Assembly (NCBI GenBank): GCA_964016885.1
Contig: OZ024740.1
Coordinates: 430,156,001 to 430,220,000 of the forward strand
Source of the DNA: Eledone cirrhosa
Taxonomy: Eukaryota
Direction: 5' to 3'
Length of the DNA stretch: 64,000 nt
Shown here: positions 40,765 to 51,532 of the stretch, piece by piece
Layout: the number at the start of each line of letters is the position of its first letter
Numbering within the stretch: the first letter of the stretch is position 1
Program-made: the position numbers and the translations under genes
The notes under the pieces: model-generated
What the model was told of the DNA's origin: nothing
The model's input: the letters and a program-made list of their open reading frames with translations, nothing else
The model's database searches: none

Positions 40765-41075
40765 ATCTTTATTTACGCCAAGAGCAGCTTATGATGAGTA
40801 TTTTAAAACGAAATAGGTTCTTAGCTGGAATAAGCTTTCATATCCATATTAAGTTCCTCAGCCAAATCTGAAACTAAGCCAACTTGTGAAACTAAAGCCG
40901 CCACATATTTTGAACAGATAAAAAGTTGAGAAGAAAATAACTGCTGACAGTGTTTATTGCAAATATAAAACTTGATACGGAGCGTTTAGACATGTCTACC
41001 TGAATAACATTAAACCATAGTTTGTTTAATTAGTTAAAACAAGTCGTGTATTAAATAAACATCGGATCACAAATA

Positions 41076-41598
41076 CAGTGGAACCTCGGTTCACGAATGC
41101 CTCTCATCATGAACAAATCGCTTCCCGAACAATTTTTTCAGAACATAAAACGTCTCGGTTGACGAACGGTATCTCGAGTAACGAACACGCAAGCCGGCAA
41201 CAACGGTTGGCGACAAGCTGGGAGTATTGGCGGGAAATCGTCACTTGTTGTGTAGTTAGTTACTATGGTGATATCTATCTGTCTTCCACACACTCTCTCT
41301 CTCTTTCTCTCTCGCTCTCTCTCTCTCGCTCTCTCCTTCTCTCTCTCCTTCTCTCTCGCTCTCTCTCTCGCTCTCTATCTCTCTTTCTCTATCTCTCGCT
41401 CTCTCTCTCGCTCTCTATCTCTCTTTCTCTATCTCTCGCTCTCTCTCTCGCTCTCTCTCCTTCTCTCTCTCCTTCTCTCTCTCCTTCTCTCTCGCTCTCT
41501 CTCTCGCTCTCTATCTCTCTTTCTCTATCTCTCGCTCTCTCTCTCGCTCTCTCTCCTTCTCTCTCTCTCCTTCTCTCTCTCTTTCTCTCTCGTTCTCG

Positions 41599-41668
<70 letters not shown>

Positions 41669-41796
41669 CTCGCTCTTGCTCTCTCTCACTTTCTCTCTCA
41701 ACATTTCGTATGGAAAAAATAGTTTCGGCTTACAAACATTTTGGGTGACGAACGGTCTTCAGCAACGAATTAAGTTCGTGAATCGAGGTTCCAGCG
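41076..41796. mobile_element. Tigger/pogo-like MITE with internal (CT)n expansion
   Basis: TIRs CAGTGGAACCTCGGTTCACGAA / TTCGTGAATCGAGGTTCCAGCG with TA on both sides. The CT-rich tract spans about 41290-41700. Confidence 0.85.
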
Positions 41797-41829
41797 TATT
41801 GGAATATTTTGTGATGAGAGATATATTTT

Positions 41830-42418
41830 AGTTAGGTCAACTTTCATCCATTCAAGGTCGATAAAAAAGTACCAGTTTACTACTGGGGTCTATTCTTCCT
41901 CTATATCTCTTTCTCATTTCCTTTCTCTATCCTTCACTGGAAGAAATATGTTGTAGTCAGATCTGGAGAGGAGATGGGTTCCACCTGGTTTATCGTCGTA
42001 TGTCAATATGGTGACTCAGGGACGCCCTCGGGAGTTACAGGACAGAGAGAAAGACCCAGGGACTCCCTCTGGAGTTACAGGACAGAGTCAATATGGTGAC
42101 ACGGGGACTCCCTCTGGAGTTACAGGACAATCAATATGGTGACTCAGGGACTCCCTCTGGAGTTACAGGACAGTCAATATGGTGACTCAGGGGCTCCCTC
42201 TGGTGTTACAGGACAGAGTCAATATGGTGTTCCAGGGACGCCCTCGGGAGTTACAGGATAGAGTCAATATGCTGACTCAGGGACTCCCTCGGGAGTTACG
42301 GGACAGAGAGAGAATCTCAGGGACTCCCTCGGGAGTTATGGGACAGAGAGAGAGAGTCTCAGGGACTCCCTCAGGACAGAGAGAGAAAAAGACCCAGGGA
42401 CTCCCTCATGAGTTACGG

Positions 42419-42493
<75 letters not shown>

Positions 42494-42516
42494 TCTCAGG
42501 GACTCCCTCAGAAGTT
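41830..42516 (+). repeat. SINE whose tail expands into a 35-45-bp minisatellite (42002-42516)
   Basis: Unit GTCAATATGGTGACTCAGGGACTCCCTCTGGAGTTACAGGACAGA, about 11-12 degenerate copies. Confidence 0.8.
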
Positions 42517-42554
42517 ACATCACTACTCTAGAAATAGTAACAGTGGGTTCTAAG

Positions 42555-42704
42555 ACATGTCCAGCTAACCTCAGTCTCCTCTGAGCTACTCTCGAGACGA
42601 CTTTTGGGAGGCTCCCGTACAGCTCTGAGTTCTTCATCCTCAGTGTATACTGATTAATGTTCAGAGCCATCCTCAGCATTCTCGTGTAGCACCCATCCAC
42701 CATA
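42555..42704 (-). mobile_element. RTE-type LINE fragment, same family as 47339-48166
   Basis: MVDGCYTRMLRMALNINQY...RRLRLAGH. Confidence 0.8.
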
Positions 42705-43077
42705 TATAAATACACGTGAGGTAAAAGATAATTCACATTTTTTATCCCCATCTTCTGAAAACTTCATAGAGAAAAAAATATGTTTTTCTTGGAGTAAACT
42801 GATTAAACACGGAGATAGTTGCTGAGATGTTGAAACCTTGTGATGTGTATTTTTACAAGGAAAAGATGTTCTAGAAAGAAGCTAGAGGAACATAAAGCTG
42901 TAGATTAAGTTATGAAAGGACAGAAGGAACATTAGAATAACTAATAAGGAAAAGAGTGGAATTAAAATAAAGGAGATACTGTTTGTCTCGCAGAACTCCA
43001 ACTGTTGTCTTGAAATTTTCTCTAATATTGTTATTTAGAAGAACTGTACTGTTTCAGTTTTCGTGCAGCGCTTGGCT

Positions 43078-43738
43078 GGGGTTAACTTTGCCTTTCGAGG
43101 GTGATTTAAAAAAAAGTACCAGCCAAATACTGGGGTTAATTCTTCATCTATATCTCTCTTTCTCACTTCCTCTCCTTCACTTTCTATCATTCTCTGGAAG
43201 AAATCTACTATGTTCAGACCTGAAGAGGATTGAGCTCCACCAGAGTTAAAATGACCATTAAATGCTGTATATCACTACGGCTGGCCAACAATTCCATCAG
43301 GAGTTGTGGGATCATACCATATTGTGCTTGGTTTACTTGGATGAGGTTTATGTTGAGGTTGTAATCCATCATCTGTCACAAACTCTCAATCTATACACAG
43401 TCAGGGGCTTTATAGAAGTCAATAATAATTGTTTCTACTTTTGGCACAAGGCCAGCAATTACCCAGTGTATTACTGGTACTTTATTTTATCGACCCCGTA
43501 AGGATGAAAGGCAAAGTTAACCTCGGCGGCTAGCGATACTGCCAATTCAATAGAGTTCAGATTTGTATTGTAAATTATGCTTGGTTTGTGGTCTTATGTT
43601 AAATTCTCGTCATGCCAAAAATAATTGTTTCTACTTTTTGCACAAAGCAAGCAATTATCACAGTGTATTACTGGTACTTTATTGTATAGACCCCATAAGG
43701 ATGAAAGGCAAAGTTAACCTCGGCGGGATTTGAACTCA
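43078..43738. mobile_element. Three SINE copies or fragments (about 43078-43315 +, 43426-43548 -, 43621-43738 -)
   Basis: Shared SINE core sequence. Confidence 0.7.
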
Positions 43739-43984
43739 AATAATAACGTTTATTTACAAGAGAAGAATTATCTCCCCTATACTCATATTATTTCATTAAT
43801 CCGTCAACCAGAGTTATGTCCCCTTCATGAAGTATCACGAAGGAATGTTTTTTTAACGATGGAGGCTTTCTCCTTAGAGATGCAGCTCTCCTATATATTT
43901 ACATAAACATAAATACACATATATATGTACTAGTATATATACACATATATATGTACTAGTATATATACACATATATATGTACTA

Positions 43985-44037
<53 letters not shown>

Positions 44038-44228
44038 GGTTTGAGGTTCACCACTGTATAGAGCTGGTCTATTCCGTATGGTCAATCGTAATGCAATAAT
44101 ATAGAGAGTACTCAACGTAAAGCAGTTCAACCGTCTTTGTTTTTGTAGTTGGTGGTTCTATTACGGAGTTAAATATTATAATGAAATGACAGGAGGCTGG
44201 ATTTGTGTAAATCCTTGAAAGGTTTATT

Positions 44229-44286
44229 ATACTATGATCATTTCAATGACCGGGTTCCGTATGAATCCGGTGATATCATCAGGTAT
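44229..44286 (-). ncRNA. Minimal type I hammerhead ribozyme, intact core
   Basis: ATAC-CTGATGA-T-[ATCACCGGATTC atacg GAACCCGGTCAT]-T-GAAA-TGATCA-TA-GTAT: 4-bp stem I, hairpin stem II, palindromic loop III, AUA cleavage triplet, then AATAAA. Confidence 0.7.
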
Positions 44287-45472
44287 TCGAAATATAATAC
44301 GTGAATGTAATAGGTAAAATCCATGGGGCTGAAAATCGGGACCCGAGGGCGACCGCTATTCTGTTCCTTCAACCTCAGCCGGTCGCCCTGGAGTGACGTG
44401 GCTAAATTTTATAGTATGCTACTACCGGTCAGATGAACGAAAACAGAAAGAGATGGGAGCATAGGTTAACGTCGATCCCATGACACAAGGTAAAAGAAAG
44501 AAAGAAAGGAAGGAGAAGAAGGGGGAAGAAAGAAGAAGAGAAGTCAGGGTTAATGTCAGCTAAAAGAGGAAGGTAACTACTACTGGTCAGATATAGGCAA
44601 GCAAGAGGGGGAAGGAAGATAAGTCTGCGGGAGGAGGAGAGGGGAGAAGGAAGGGAAGAGAGAAGTAGAAAAGTAAGGGTTGATGGCTACAAGAAGGAAG
44701 ATAGAAAGGAAGAGGAAGAAAGGTCGATATTAATGTCAGACCACAGTCAAGCCAGGAGTGGCGCGAGAAAATTTTCACAGGGACCCGCATCTTAGCGGAG
44801 ATGAATATATTGGGAGTCAGTGTTTTACAGTGTTTAGACTTCTAGGATGAAGTTAAAAAAATTTAATAATCAATATTTTTAACTTCATCCTAATCAATTT
44901 TTTTAACTTCATCCTAGAAGTCTAAACACTGTAAAACACTGACTCCCAATATATTCATCTCCGCTAAGATGCGGGTCCCTGTGAAAATTTTCTCGCGCCA
45001 CTCCTGGCTTGACTGTGGTCTGACATTAATATCGACCTTTCTTCCTCTTCCTTTCTATCTTCCTTCTTGTAGCCATCAACCCTTACTTTTCTACTTCTCT
45101 CTTCCCTTCCTTCTCCCCTCTCCTCCTCCCGCAGACTTATCTTCCTTCCCCCTCTTGCTTGCCTATATCTGACCAGTAGTAGTTACCTTCCTCTTTTAGC
45201 TGACATTAACCCTGACTTCTCTTCTTCTTTCTTCCCCCTTCTTCTCCTTCCTTTCTTTCTTTCTTTTACCTTGTGTCATGGGATCGACGTTAACCTATGC
45301 TCCCATCTCTTTCTGTTTTCGTTCATCTGACCGGTAGTAGCATACTATAAAATTTAGCCACGTCACTCCAGGGCGACCGGTTGAGGTTGAAGGAACAGAA
45401 TAGCGGTCGCCCTCGGGTCCCGATTTTCAGCCCCATGGATTTTACCTATTACATTCACGTATTATATTTCGA

Positions 45473-45530
45473 ATACCTTATGATATCACCGGATTCATAC
45501 GGAACCCGGTCATTGAAATGATCATAGTAT
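45473..45530 (+). ncRNA. Mirror hammerhead copy with G5-to-U core mutation (CTTATGA), predicted inactive
   Basis: Identical to 44229-44286 except for T at 45479. Confidence 0.65.
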
Positions 45531-45600
45531 AATAAACCTTTCAAGGATTTACACAAATCCAGCCTCCTGTCATTTCATTATTATATATATATATATCTAT

Positions 45601-45741
45601 CTAAGGCGGGTAAAATTCCCGAGATCCATGGACGAGTTCTCTCCAGCGGTCTCTGTCCCTCATTATCGCTGCCATATCCTGCATCTCCAACAGACCAGTG
45701 TCTGTCCTTAGGGCATCAACATATGTTAACCTTGGTCTTCT
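45601..45741 (-). mobile_element. 3' end of an RTE-type LINE, same family as 47813-48166
   Basis: Reverse complement matches 48025-48166 (GRPRLTYVDAL...REFYPP*). Confidence 0.8.
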
Positions 45742-46444
45742 CTCTATATCAGCCTGTAGGTGAGAGAGGAGAAGAATGAGAAGAGGAAGGAAGCACCCGC
45801 TCTTTGTGCTCCTGAAGATGAGGGTTGCACATTTTTTCGGGGGTGTGTGCGACCCATGTCAACGCCCCTCCCTATTGAGGACATCGATTGTTAAATTTAA
45901 TTTGTTATATGTTTTTTACACGTCTTTTTAAATGTATGTAAACTCCCCCCTTTGTATTTGTCCCAATCTTTGATGCCCTGGTGGCAAATAAATAGAAATA
46001 TATATCTAAATTGGTAAACTATCTCGTGTAAATCTCAGAAAACCATCCAGCCAGCTGGTCATCTGAATATTAAAACATTAGATTACTTTGATTAACAATG
46101 GGGAAAAGAGACATGGAGATGTTTGGAGTTTTCATTGTTACTTTGCCTAAAATAAGACCCACTCTGTATAGCATAACGCCGAATAACAAGGGGGACAACT
46201 CCAAAATTTGAACATTGATTTCTTAGGCACAAAACATCAAGTTTGATAGGTGGATGGTAAGGTCCCGTAACTCCTGTTGGAGTCGTAGAAACGCCGTATT
46301 GATAGACAACGTTTCTTGGATATTTTAAGCCAGGCGGGCGTATCATCCTCCGGGGAAAGTTGACCTCGGCGAGATTTGAGTAGAAAGCCGGGTCAAATAC
46401 CACAAAATATTCTATCCGAAGACCGTTTCTGGTAGAGCTTGTAG

Positions 46445-47295
46445 CAGAGGGAAGAGAGTAAGTTATGTATATTGAGAGAGGGGGAAGAGAGTTGTTACAT
46501 ATTTTGAGAGAGGAGGGAAGAATAAATTACATATATTAAGAGAGGGAAAAGAGGATAAGTTGGGTATATTGAGAGAGGGGGAAGAGAGTACGTTATATAT
46601 ATTGAGAGAGGAAGAAGAGAGTAAGTTATATATGTTAAGAGAGAGGGATGAGAATAAGTTATATATGTTATGAGAGAGGGAAGAGAGTAAGTTATAGATG
46701 TTAAGAGAGGGGGAGAGAGTAAGTTATATATGTTAAGAGGGAGGGAAGAGAAGAGAGAGGGAAGAGAGTAAGTTATAGATGTTAAGAGAGAGGGAAGAGA
46801 GTAAGTTATAGATGTTAAGAGAGGGGAGAGAGAGTAAGTTATATATGTTAAGAGGGAGGGAAGAGAAGAGAGAGGGAAGAGAGTAAGTTATAGATGTTAA
46901 GAGAGAGGGAAGAGAGTAAGTTATATATGTTAAGAGAGGTAGAAGGGAATATGTATATGATGAAGGAGGGGGAGAGAGTAAATTAGATATATTGAGAGGG
47001 GGGAATAGAATGAGTTAGGTATATTGAGAGAGGGGGAACAGAGAGATTTATGAACATTAAGAGAGGAGGAAGGGAGCAAGTTATACATATAAAGAGAGGG
47101 GGAAGAGAATAAGTTATACGTATTGAGAGAGAAGGAAGAGAGTAAGTTATATATATTGAGAGAGGAGGAGGAGAGTAAGTTATGTTTAGTGAGAGAGGGG
47201 TAGGAGAGTAAATTACATATATCACTAAACCTAATTTACTCTCTTCCCCCTCTCTCACTATATATGTAACTTACTCTCTTTCACCTCTCTCACAC
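46445..47295. repeat. Purine-rich 33-35-bp minisatellite whose last two units are inverted
   Basis: Unit approximately GAGAGAGGGAAGAGAGTAAGTTATATATGTTAA. Orientation flips near 47222. Confidence 0.85.
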
Positions 47296-47338
47296 ATGTA
47301 TGTGTGTGTGTGTGGATATGTATATATATATATACAGA

Positions 47339-48166
47339 GCCATCCACCATCTGAGTGAGTTTCTTGGTCAGTGTGCAAGTCTCAGACCCGTACAGCAACA
47401 CAGACTCCACTACAGCAATGAAGAGGCGGATTTTCAGGTCTTTGCGAAGGTCCGTCTTCCACACCTATCTCAAGCTGTAGCACGCCGCCCAGGCTTTGCT
47501 CTTCCTCTCAACCACATCATCTTCCGTATTCCCATTCTTTGCTCCCAAATACAGGAAGTCCTCAACCAATTCTAGCGGCTTCCCGCCTACATTAGTGATC
47601 CCCTCTGACTTCTCAACATTCTCTACCAGATATTTTGTTTTAGTCTCATTAATTCTCTGCCCCACACTCATCGACACAGTCTCAACCTCCTGCATCAAAT
47701 CTTCTGCCTCCTTCACTGTATTTGTCACCAAAACTATGTCGTCGGCAAATTCAGCATCCGATATCTTTTTCGCCTTAACTCTCCTGCTCTGAGCCGGTGC
47801 TACAGTAAAGCCAGATGGTGCTACACGAGAATGCTGAGGATGGCTCTGAACATTAATCAGTATACACTGAGGATGAACAACTCAAAGCTGTATGGGAGCC
47901 TCCCAAAAGTCAGCTCAAAAGTGACACAGAGGAGACTGAGGTTAGCTGGACACGCTCACCGACATCCAGAGTTGACATTGCACTCAGTGCTCCTGTGGGA
48001 GCCCCTACATGGACACACTGGAAGAGGAAGACCAAGGTTAACGTATGTTGATGCCCTAAAGACAGACACTGGTCTGTTGGAGACACAGGACACGGCAGCG
48101 ATAATGAGGGACAGAGACCGCTGGAGAGAACTCGTCCATGGATCTCGAGAATTTTACCCGCCCTAG
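47339..48166. mobile_element. RTE-type LINE with 5' inversion (RT part 47339-47812 on -, 3' part 47813-48166 on +)
   Basis: The minus part encodes FADD...DFLYLG...VLLYGSET...TQMVDG. The plus part continues CYTRMLRMALN...RRLRLAGH...GRGRP. Candidate TSD ATATATATACA at 47326-47336 and 48170-48180. Confidence 0.85.
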
Positions 48167-48487
48167 AAAATATATATACAACCTTCCAGTTTCGCCTGTG
48201 GGAATATATAAAAACAAATCTGCATAACATAAAAGATGTGAGAAAATATTTGTAAAATTTAGTAAATTGACTTTATTATTTTTCAATAAATGGACATAAC
48301 AGTTTTTTTTGTTTTGTTTTTTTTTCCCAGTAGGCAATTCATGTTTTTATATCGATATCGATTTTCTAGTCTATTTAAACATTCCTAAGTTAAATGCTGT
48401 GAGGAACTATTTTTTATGTTCACCGGTAAGGGCAATAACTCTTGTGTTATTTACATTATTAAGTTCTCGAGCTAAAAACAAGTTAGG

Positions 48488-49801
48488 ATGATTACAACAG
48501 TTGACGAAGATATAGTCACGAAACGTAAAAGATATATTACTGACTTAGATGAATATTTAAAAGGATGTGAAGATGATTTAGGTAAACTTTTTGAAAGGCT
48601 CGAATGGACGCCGCAGCATTTTTTTGAAGACGAATCGGAGAAAGTGCCCTGTTCATATAGCGTTAACCACAAACTGCCGAATAATTCACTAGAAAAACAC
48701 GAACAAAGCTGTAAGTGGTTACAACTTGGATATAAATCTTCAGAACTTGCTAGTGTTCCTGAATCATCAAGTTTCTTTTACGAGAAATCCAATGTTATGA
48801 ATATTAAACTAGACAAGAATAATATCCAGTCAATTCTAAAGGAGTTTCACCGAAACAACGGTACGATGTTTGTGAATTATGAAAGAGAAGTAGCCCAGAC
48901 ACTTGAAATACGACAGAGAGATTATTCTGTAGATGAGCGACGAGCAATATACGATTATGTTGTTCGGGTGGCTAAAGAATTCCAGCGGATGCAGGCTTTA
49001 CCTGAAGATACTCTTTTGACTACAGACTTCGAAACTCTTATCAAGAAAGCTGCCAAAGGAAAAGAACTCAATGAACCTGCTTCTGAAACAGAAAAATGGG
49101 CTGCCATGCGGGACTATAAACGGAGGAGGCAATCATACCGAGCTAAAAATGTCCACATTACAAAGAAGACATATACAGAGATCATACGAGAGGTTATTCA
49201 TAACCAGGTGGAATTGTTGCAGACTTTATTGAAAGATTCTTCCGAAATGGAATCTACTGAAACTCAATCGTCAAACAGAACCGATAGACATTCTCATTCG
49301 AGGAGTAGGCGAGAAGGTGATCGTAGTAGAGATAGGGATCGATCTACAAGAAAATCGAAACCGGACAACAAAAGAAGTAGTAGCTACGAAAAACATGAAA
49401 CAAAACACAGAGATGGTGAAAAGAGTTCTAGAGGAAGTTCTGACTCTAAATACAGAGACAAAAATACTTCTGATACGAGAAAAGAGTCGAGGAAAAGTGA
49501 GAAAGAACATTCTGATGTGAGCTCCACGCCAAAGGATGGACCCCAGAAAGAATCCATGTCTTCAGTAAAAGACGTACAAAAAGCAATAGAAGACGCTAGT
49601 TACTCTTACGAAGAAAGTAGAGAGTTTTCTACAGAAGTGAGCGGTGATAATGTTTTAAGTGAAAGTCGAAGTTTAAAGAGACTCCATAGTGGAGAGGATG
49701 ATGCCGACGATACTGAGGATGTTGGCGGAAGGAAACAGAAACACAAAAAATCAAAAAAACACAAAAAACATAAACATAAATCTGAAAAACATGATAAATA
49801 A
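48488..49801 (+). CDS. SNRNP48: U11/U12 small nuclear ribonucleoprotein 48 kDa protein, single-exon CDS, 437 aa
   Basis: CHHC zinc finger (CSYSVNH...LEKHEQSC), the signature RDYKRRRQSYRAKNVHITKKTYTEIIREVI, and an R/S/D/K-rich tail ending in KHKK repeats. The ORF is uninterrupted. Confidence 0.93.
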   Translation: MITTVDEDIVTKRKRYITDLDEYLKGCEDDLGKLFERLEWTPQHFFEDESEKVPCSYSVNHKLPNNSLEKHEQSCKWLQLGYKSSELASVPESSSFFYEKSNVMNIKLDKNNIQSILKEFHRNNGTMFVNYEREVAQTLEIRQRDYSVDERRAIYDYVVRVAKEFQRMQALPEDTLLTTDFETLIKKAAKGKELNEPASETEKWAAMRDYKRRRQSYRAKNVHITKKTYTEIIREVIHNQVELLQTLLKDSSEMESTETQSSNRTDRHSHSRSRREGDRSRDRDRSTRKSKPDNKRSSSYEKHETKHRDGEKSSRGSSDSKYRDKNTSDTRKESRKSEKEHSDVSSTPKDGPQKESMSSVKDVQKAIEDASYSYEESREFSTEVSGDNVLSESRSLKRLHSGEDDADDTEDVGGRKQKHKKSKKHKKHKHKSEKHDK

Positions 49802-50013
49802 CTTAAGTTTGTGAAATACTTTTACTGTCCTGTGGGGCGGCCAGCGCGTGGGACACCATTTACTAATAATAGTGAGAGACGGGGGCAGTGAGAGTTTGGT
49901 TCCTTTGTGTTCAGACCTGGTGTATATGTACATGTTTCACAGACTCAGCTCTTCTACCAATATTCACGCTGTCTTCTAATTAACCAACCAACAGGAATTG
50001 TTACCTTTCTTAA

Positions 50014-50207
50014 CCCTTTAGTATTTATATTACTCCACATATACTATTTGTATTTTCAGGATAAAGGCTTTATCTCACATAATATCAAATCTATGATATT
50101 TTGAGAACAATAACTTAACATTAATATGAGGGGCCAGTTACAGCTGGTTTGAATAGAAAGAAGTGAGAGAATTCTGGCCAGATACGGCCGGTTTAAATGC
50201 TAAAGGG
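50014..50207. mobile_element. piggyBac-like MITE
   Basis: TTAA-CCCTTTAGTATTTA ... TAAATGCTAAAGGG-TTAA. Confidence 0.8.
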
Positions 50208-50520
50208 TTAAAGGAATTCTTTGAGTTGTGTAAGTTTAGTCAAAGGTATTTGAATATAATGAGAGTACTTAAGTTGTATAAGTGTTTAAAGTGTTCATGG
50301 TATTCACTCCAGCTCCCTATGCTCTGAGTTCAAATCACGCCAAGATTAATTTTGGCCATTCATCCCTTCAATGTCTATGAATAAAGTACCAGTCAAGAAC
50401 TAAGATCTCTTCTTTCTGTCTTTTTCTGTTTCTTTGGAAGAAATCGGTCGTGATCTGACAAGGTTTAAAATGTCGAAGACATGCTGTATATCACTACACT
50501 GCCACTACAATTCCATCAGA

Positions 50521-51056
50521 CACACATATATATGTATACACATATATATATGTGTATACACATATATACATGTATACATATATATATGCATACACACATA
50601 TATGTATACACACATATATATGCATACACACATATATATATGTATACACACATATATATATGTATACACATATATATATGAATACATATATATATGTATA
50701 CACACATATGTATACACATATATATGTATACACACATATATATGCATACACATATATGTATACACATATATATATATACTCATATATATGTATACTCACA
50801 TATATATGTATACACATATATATATGCATACACATATATATGTATACACATATATATGTATACACATATATATGTATACACATATATATATGTATACACA
50901 TATATATATATATGTATACTCACATATATGTATACACACATATATGTATACTCACATATATATGTATACACACATATATGTAAATACACATATATATGTA
51001 TACACATTATATATATATGTATACACATATATATGCATACACACATATATGTATAT
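50521..51056. repeat. (TA/CA/TG)n compound microsatellite
   Basis: Direct reading. Other dinucleotide tracts lie at about 37680-37909, 38707-38740, 38978-39073, 39504-39559, 39911-39996, 43990-44034, 53085-53180 and 58150-58206. Confidence 0.95.
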
Positions 51057-51439
51057 GGAGGCACATGGCTTAGTGGTTAGAGCATTGGCCTAGCAATCAA
51101 AAGGTTGTGAGTTCAATTCTCAGACCGAGTGATGTGTTGTTTCCTTGAGCAAGACACTTTATTTCACATTACTCCAGTTTACTCAGCTGTAGAAATGAGA
51201 TGATAGGACTGGGGTCCCTATCATTCCACTGCAAAGTGGTCGTGGAGGTGCCACGGAAAAAAAAGTACCCAGCCCACACTGTAAAGTGGTCGTGTAGGCG
51301 CCACAGAAAAAAAGCACCCGGCACTCACTGTAAATGAGGTTGGTGTTAGGAAGGGCATCCAGCTGTAGAAATCAAGCCAGAATCAGTTCCCGCCCCATCC
51401 TTGAAAGCAGGGAAAAGCGGACGTAAAATGATGATGATG
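51057..51439 (+). mobile_element. tRNA-headed SINE with RTE-LINE-like 3' tail
   Basis: A-box TGGCTTAGTGG, B-box GAGTTCAATTCTC, tail GGTTGGTGTTAGGAAGGGCATCCAGC...GGACGTAAAATGATGATG. Confidence 0.85.
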
Positions 51440-51532
51440 TATACACATATAATATATATATGTATACACACATATATATATATGTATACACACATATATA
51501 TATATGTATACACATATATATATATATGTATA

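Larger units (their letters stand above)
44178..45581. repeat. 1404-bp palindrome (686-bp arms 44178-44863 / 44896-45581, 32-bp spacer), Penelope-like pseudo-LTR fold-back
   Basis: Mirror coordinates sum to 89759 throughout, and the ORFs at 44587-44790 (-) and 44969-45172 (+) are identical. I found only two mismatches by eye. A hammerhead motif plus AATAAA lies near each outer end. Confidence 0.95.

Noticed and set aside
44587-45172. Two identical 67-aa ORFs
   Set aside because: They are mirror images created by the palindrome and are low-complexity.
50434-51093. YTHI/CIHI-repeat ORFs
   Set aside because: Translations of a (TA/CA)n microsatellite.
51057-51130. tRNA genes at the SINE heads (also 56638)
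   Set aside because: A and B boxes are present, but the acceptor stem is incomplete and the sequence continues into SINE body and LINE-like tail.
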